Of a stretch of 64,000 nt of DNA, positions 57,921-64,000 are shown piece by piece. Numbering within the stretch: the stretch's first letter is position 1; the number at the start of each line of letters is the position of its first letter. Location: assembly GCA_023213395.1 (NCBI GenBank), contig CM041465.1:119109741-119173740 (forward strand). Direction: 5' to 3'. Source of the DNA: Cycas panzhihuaensis (lineage: Eukaryota; Plantae; Cycadophyta). The notes below the pieces were generated by a model. That model was not told where the DNA came from. It made no database searches and was given only the letters and a program-made list of their open reading frames with translations. The position numbers and the translations under genes were made by a program.

Positions 57921-58841
57921 GTTTTCTATTGGTTTAGAATAAGAATAGAGCCAAGCCCATACCTCCTCCATGAGAAGTACAAATGTGAAAAGTATATACA
58001 TGACATAGATGATACAACTTATGGGATTAGATGTTTAGTTAAAAAGTCCAAACAATATAATCACTCTTGGGGTTATACAAATTATAGGGATAATTAAGAG
58101 GAATTAAAAATCATTAGATAAGCATCTACTACAAGGATGGTAGAGGTGATGAACCAAGAAGATATCATAACACGTGTAGAACCTATGAGAATCATGGAGA
58201 TTATGAAAGAAGTAGATATCACAAAATGGGTAGTAGCTATAGGGATCATGTAGACTATGAAAAAATAACTAAATACTATAGGGTAGGTAACATTGATTCT
58301 CACTTGAGAGAGAGAGAGAGCAGATATAGAGAAAAGAGTTTAGATTCACATAATTATAGGAAGTATAAATGGGATAAAGGAGGCATCATAAAAGCAGAGT
58401 AGAAGAGCATTTTCTAGAAGAAATAATGGTGAATCAAATTGTAGATCAACTAATATCATTTGCATGAACTACAATTCAACTTTGAAGCACCATAATGGTG
58501 TGGAGTAGGCATAAAAACAAAGGCAAAAATTGGATTTAGTATGCAAATCTTGTATATGCCTTCAAAGAAGAAACACTTATATAATAAAACACAATTATTC
58601 TCCATGTTGTCCAAGAACTCAGAAGCCTTTTTATAGAGTGTATTATTGTCATAATTGAAAAAGGGAACATGAACACTATTCAAGTGAATCTAATGCAGGT
58701 GTTTCCAATGTTAGGAGGAATGATCTAGTTTATCCAAAACATATACATAGGTCATCATGTTCATAGTCTATATATATATTCTACTGAACATGTAAAGATA
58801 CCATTTGGATCAAAGAAATTTCTTTAAATATTAATCAAAAG

Positions 58842-59890
58842 ATGAATGGATTTATTTTACTTATTTCCAATGCGGGTCAAATCAAATATGAGTTAGGATC
58901 TATGACATGGTTGTTATGGCAACGATCATGAATATGACTCTTGTCCTACCTTCTTTGGATCATACCTCTTTTTGGGTCAATCTAAAGTTTATAAGTCAAG
59001 AAACTTATTCCATCATATCATGGAACTCCTTTAAGGTTTTGAATTATATGGATTCTTAAGATTATTATTTTCTCTTTTGTGACTTCAAGGATCTATTTGA
59101 CTAGTTCCATTTTATTAATACTTTAGAATATTATACTAAAATAAAAGAGCTTTTATCAATGTTTTATGAAAAATATAAACCCTTGAAATTGGATCCTATG
59201 TCTTTTTCAAAGACCACATACTACATAGTAGAAATATTGACCTTACTAAAGCAACATAAGGTTTTATACTTCACTCGCATAAATTCTAGAGTTATTAAAA
59301 ATAGCCTTCCTAGTTTTGTTCCAAAACTAAGGTGTCATATAAAATATTGAGCTCTAAGATACACAACATCTATTGAACAATTTAAACCTACCTTAGTTTC
59401 TAGAATGCAAAAGAAAGAGAATCCCTACATTGCTCTTCATTTAAGATGAAGTAGAGGAATTCCTTCAAATGCGGTATGTTGTAAATCACTAGAAAGGAAA
59501 GATATTGATGGTAAGAAAAAGTTAAAGAAAGGAAGTTTTCCTATGAGTCCTCACAAAAATTCACATTTACTGAAAGCCTTGGGGTTCCCATCCATAACAA
59601 AAAAAATTACATTATAGTAGGGGAAACATATGGCAATGGAATCTTGAGAGCTTTGCATAATAAATTTCCAAGCATATTTTCCCATTCAACTCTAGCTACT
59701 GAAGAAGAGTTAGTTCCTTTCAAAAAATATTAGAATAGGTTGGCTATATTGGATTATATTGGAGCATTATAAAGTGATTTTTTATTTGTATCTATGATTG
59801 AAACATGGCAAAAAGCGGTGCATGGGAAGAAACATTTTGAAGGTTTCAAGAAAACTATCAATCTAAATAGAGAAAATTCTTTGCAACTTA
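58842..59890 (+). pseudogene. Captured GT106 O-fucosyltransferase-family (OFUT19/FRB1-like) retrocopy
   Basis: NGFIL..., DMVVMATIMNMTLVLPSLDHTSFW, DFKDLFD*FHFI, LLKQHKVLYFT, KLRCHIKY*ALRY, PYIALHLR, LLKALGFPS, FPSIFSHSTLATEEEL, NMAKAVHG, FEGFKKTIN; many stops and frameshifts. Confidence 0.92.
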
Positions 59891-60607
59891 ATGACATACC
59901 CTTGGTCTAGGTATGCTCATTCATAATTCTCATCTTTGGTTTCACAAAGCTTACTTCATTCTTTAGGGATTTAACATAGGAATTATTATTAAGGAAATGG
60001 AAGTAGATAATACATTCAAATGTGAGAAGAGAGTTTTTGATATAATGAATGAGACTATCATATAATCTAAGGCTAATAAGAGTTTAGGTGCTAAGAACAC
60101 TACTAGTACATATAATATATATTTTAAGAAGCATAGCAATGGAAGATCATATTAATAAGCAAGAAAATAATCACATGGTAATAAAATCATTAGAGAATGA
60201 ACCACATGTAGCGAGTAGCATAGCATTGGAAATGCTCTTTCAATAGAAGTCATCATGGAGTCTAATAGAGATGCAAGATTAAAAGTGAGGTGGAAACTAA
60301 TAGGTGGGGCTTCAATTTGTAGCAAATGATATTGAGGATAAAATTTGCATAATTAGACTATTTAAGAGAGGTATTATGAACAATAAATGCATGCCACTTC
60401 ATTAGTAGTTTACCATATGGATATGATATTCATGGTGATGTGAGGGGTGCAGGCTTAATTCTAAGACAAAAGAAATGTATTGTAATTGCCCAAGAGCTTC
60501 TAAAGAATGCCTTATAAAGTAGGCTATGCTAATAAGTTAGAGTCTAGTAGCATAGTACAAGGAGTAATTGGAAAATTATTGTGTTCTAGCATTTAACTAT
60601 TTTTAGC

Positions 60608-61699
60608 AAGGTGTTTGGATTATTGTAGGAGAAATAATGGTATCAACCAAATATTGAAATATACACACAACTTTTAGTCATGCTTGATAAGTGTAGGTAA
60701 CCCAAGTAATCATATTTATATTTCCAATTGATGTATGAAGAGGGTTATAATCTAATTGACAAAGTCTATATTGCACTTATTTATACTTATAAGTGGAGCA
60801 AATGTTTTTTAGAAAGCATTTACTATTATCGATAAAATAAAGGTTGCTCCTTATTGTCATCCTAATATATCTACCTATACCATGTTTATAAAGTCTTGCA
60901 CAAAAGCTACTCACTTTGGTTATGTCAATAGGTTATTTTTTGAAATGTCATGCACTAAAATCAAGCCCAACATTATCACATATAATAGTACAGTTGATGG
61001 ATATGGGAAAATGGGTATATTTGAAGAAATGAGAATTGTCTTCTCATACAAGGTAGAAATTAGTTGTACATATGATGCGTGAACATAAATTATGTGCTTG
61101 GTGCCTTTGGTAGTAGAGGTTAGATTGAGATGATAGAACAATGGTGTGGGAAGTTTTGGTGCATTAGGATTCATCTTGATATATACATACATTCATACTA
61201 TGATTAGGTCATATGGAAAATAAGTTTTATATAATAACATGATTATTGTAATGGATAATGTGTAGAAAAACTATTTCTCATGGAGTACTATCACATACAA
61301 TATTGTTATAGATGTATTTAGGAGTGTGGGCAACATTGATAAGATGGAGTATATTTATGATCTAATGAAATCTGAAGATGTTAAGAAAATTTCTATAACT
61401 TATTACTCTCTTGTAAATGCCTATGGTAAAGTAGGCATCTTTCATAAGATTGCAAAAATTATATGACATGCTAAAAATTTCTAATATAGGTCCTGATACT
61501 CCACTTTTTTAATTTTATAATTGATGCCTACCAAAGGGCTAAAGTTTTGGCAGAAATAGAGTAGACTTCTGTATAAATGAAAGATAAAGGATGTAACCCT
61601 AATAAAATAACATGTACTACAATGATTTAGGCCAACTTAAGTCAAGATGTAATAGAAAAGGATCAAGAGCTAGAATATAGAATATGGAATATTAAGTAA
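60608..61699 (+). pseudogene. Captured P-class PPR gene (resembles the At3g53170/At5g48730/At3g06430 group)
   Basis: KVFGLL*EK*WYQPNIEIYTQLLVMLDKCR*P, KPNIITYNSTVDGYGKMGIFEEM, FSWSTITYNIVIDVF, ITYYSLVNAYGKVG, MKDKGCNPNKIT; a run of ~35-aa repeats with many stops. Confidence 0.9.
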
Positions 61700-62571
61700 A
61701 TTAGGCATTAAAACATTGTTCCATTGAAGTTCTTAATCTAAAGAAAGGTAAATCTTTGGTTTAACATTTGGATTACATTATTTCTTATTTAACAAATTTA
61801 GAAATAGTCAAATTCCTTAATTACTTTGCATATTCAATTGAAACAATTGAGGATATATTGTAATTTATGATATGGCACCTACTTAAGACAACATTCTTGG
61901 ATAGACTTAAAAGAAGATTGTTTGATTGAGTTTCATGGAGTAATATGCATTTAAGGAAAATTTTATATAGTGTCTTAAACACCCTTAGTCCACGAGGCTT
62001 TATGTAGTTATCATTTCATACAACTCCTATAGTGTTTCCTACCTTCATATTGCCTACTACAAGTTGGTCAAAATCTAGATATCAAAAGTCAAAGTAACAA
62101 TGTTGGTTAAGGGAGTAATGGTTGTTCTCTAATTTCTAATCTATTCTTTAATGGTATTCTCTTACATCTCTTTATAATTATAGACATTATAGCTCAAAGC
62201 ATTTTGTATATACCATGATGGAGATGCAAGCTTAGATGGATATAACTCTAAATCTTTTCCTCTAGATTTGATCTCTTTTGGAATGTATTGAATAGTTAAG
62301 GAGGACATTCATAAGCATCAAGTTGATTTAAAGTTACTAGAGGCTCTTGCATTCATCGAGAGTTTAGACACAAAACAAGCTCTTAAATTTTATGTACTAT
62401 TTTTTTACAATACTTTGTTTTTACACAATGGGAAGAAAATGTATTGAATTGATCATATTAAAGGCTATAAAGACAACTCAATGTCAAGATACTTGGGAGA
62501 GTCAAAGGAGAAATTCTTTGTATATTTTTTATTTTATCAACTTGCTGGGGTTAATAGAAGTAAGGGGGTAA

Positions 62572-63660
62572 TGTAACTCACTTTTTGGCCCTTGCTTAAA
62601 AGTGTTCAAGTTACTAATAAGCTTGACCTTGATGGCTCATATATACATCACTCCTATATTAGGTAGATTTAACTAAGAAAGCTAGCATTTAAAGTTATGG
62701 TATTTTTCAAACAATTTGAAGTCAAAGTTTATTATAGATGATCCTCTTGTAGAAATTGAGTTTCCAAGATTTTATATGTATAATATGGGCAAATTGCTCT
62801 TAGAAAGAAAGTAGTAACATCATGTATTAACAAAATAGGAAAAATAAAATAATAAGAATAAGTAAAGGAATGACTTAATTTACAAAGAAAATAAGATTAT
62901 AAAATGAAATATAAAAAAAATAGATTATAGTATAAAGGATGTCCAATTTTTATTAGGTTATTTTCCTCGATTTCACTATGTTTCTTATTAATGAGGATGC
63001 GAGAACAACTTAGAGTAATCTTCACCATGATCTTTATCATACTTTCAACTTTAAGGTTTCAAATGGATATTATGCCATTGAAAGATATTAAGAGACTATT
63101 TTTCAAGGGTAAATTTATGCCATATAGTTATACCTTAAGTATTGGTCATCATGGCTTTGTAATAGCCACATAAAGTATAGTAACTAATTAAGGAGGCCAT
63201 TGAATATTATGGTTATTGATATACCTAGTTTCAATGAAGTCTCCCAATTATTAGAGGATAGAACATAGATTCTCGTGGGGGTGGAAATGGCATTTTTATA
63301 TAATTATAAAGGAAATTATTGATGATTAATTACATAACATAAAAAGGGGTTTTACAAAATCATTTGAGTGAGGCTATAAAGAAGGAGAGCATAAATATAT
63401 AAAGGTGGGAATTTTAGTAATAGTTTTTCCTTAGGTGGTCATTATAGGCTTCATGTTATGTCTCTTTTATCTTTTCTCTTATATTTCTCAAATTATATAT
63501 GATCTAGATGAGAACTTTTATATTTTAGAAACTACTAAATCTTTAGTAAGCACATCTATTATCAAAGATATTATAAGTTTTATATATTAGTTTATACTAG
63601 GAAGTCATCATATAGTATATTTGTGCTCCACTACCTCTTTGTAATTTATTAAAGAGGGAG
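62572..63660 (+). repeat. 3' LTR of element 7 (5' portion)
   Basis: Starts TGTAAC after the PPT; colinear with 53451-54510 (e.g. aataagcttgaccttgatggctcatata is shared). Confidence 0.88.
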
Positions 63661-63661
63661 A

Positions 63662-64000
63662 TTAAAATAAATATTATGATGCACAATCAAGCAACCTGAG
63701 TAGACAACATATGGATAAGTGGAAAACCCCTTGGGGGAAGAAAAACCACCTCACAAATAGTAAAATAATATTATTAAAGTGCATAATACATCAAATTTCT
63801 AGGATCGTCATTCCCTCCATCTCTCTTTCCACCTCTCTTGTTTCTAATAAGAGTAGCAATACAAGAACATTGAAATGGATAATGGCCCATTCAATGGATT
63901 TTTAATAAATATCTGTAATAATAATAATAATAATAAACTATATGAACTATCTCTTTATTATAAGATAACATTATAACTTTTTATTAATATGATAATATTA
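63662..64000 (-). mobile_element. Probable Copia-type LTR inserted in the 3' LTR of element 7, running off the window
   Basis: Minus strand GTGGTTTTTCTTCCCCCAAGGGGTTTTCCACTTA at ~63715-63750 matches the LTR motif of element 3; homology to the 5' LTR of element 7 stops here. Confidence 0.5.

Larger units (their letters stand above)
53451..63660 (+). mobile_element. Tat-like Ty3/Gypsy element 7 carrying captured host-gene fragments instead of pol
   Basis: 5' LTR ~53451-55185, whose first ~1.05 kb is repeated at 62572-~63660; PBS TGGTGACCATATTGGGGA 55188-55205; PPT AAGTAAGGGGGTAA before 62572; gag remnant; 3' LTR interrupted, so no TSD is visible. Confidence 0.85.

Noticed and set aside
58842-61699. 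OFUT and PPR as functional host genes
   Set aside because: Many in-frame stops, frameshifts and missing segments; CpG-depleted; enclosed by LTRs.

Overview
Eukaryotic, AT-rich, repeat-dense land-plant nuclear DNA. A non-flowering vascular plant is plausible from the retroelement types, but the species cannot be read from the sequence. One intact host gene (~2.9-3.6 kb, an uncharacterised plant protein ending in PIYLVT) sits in a CpG-retaining island. Almost everything else is decayed LTR retrotransposons, several with readable target-site duplications (TSDs). These are a full-length Tnt1/Tork-like Copia (6201-11531, minus), a four-level nest (Copia 15693-44160 > Copia 21625-43068 > long-LTR Tat/Ogre-like Gypsy 25466-40741 > solo LTR 33107-33751), two non-coding TRIM/LARD-like elements, and a Tat-like Gypsy starting at ~53451. 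The main observation is that this last element has no pol. In its place is a same-strand string of mostly intronless host-gene fragments: a PDR/ABCG piece fused to an ABCB6/20 piece, a GT106 O-fucosyltransferase, a P-class PPR, and unassigned pieces, which makes it a multi-gene 'Pack-LTR'. The second observation is that the nested Gypsy keeps gag-protease, lacks RT/RH/INT, and carries an antisense plant-mobile-domain ORF plus a stand-alone archaeal-type RNase H ORF before its 3' LTR; a diverged second copy of that RNase H ORF lies at 49.4-49.8 kb. Repeats show pervasive C>T/G>A decay, including CpA/CHH contexts. All protein assignments come from hand translation and remembered family motifs, not from database searches.
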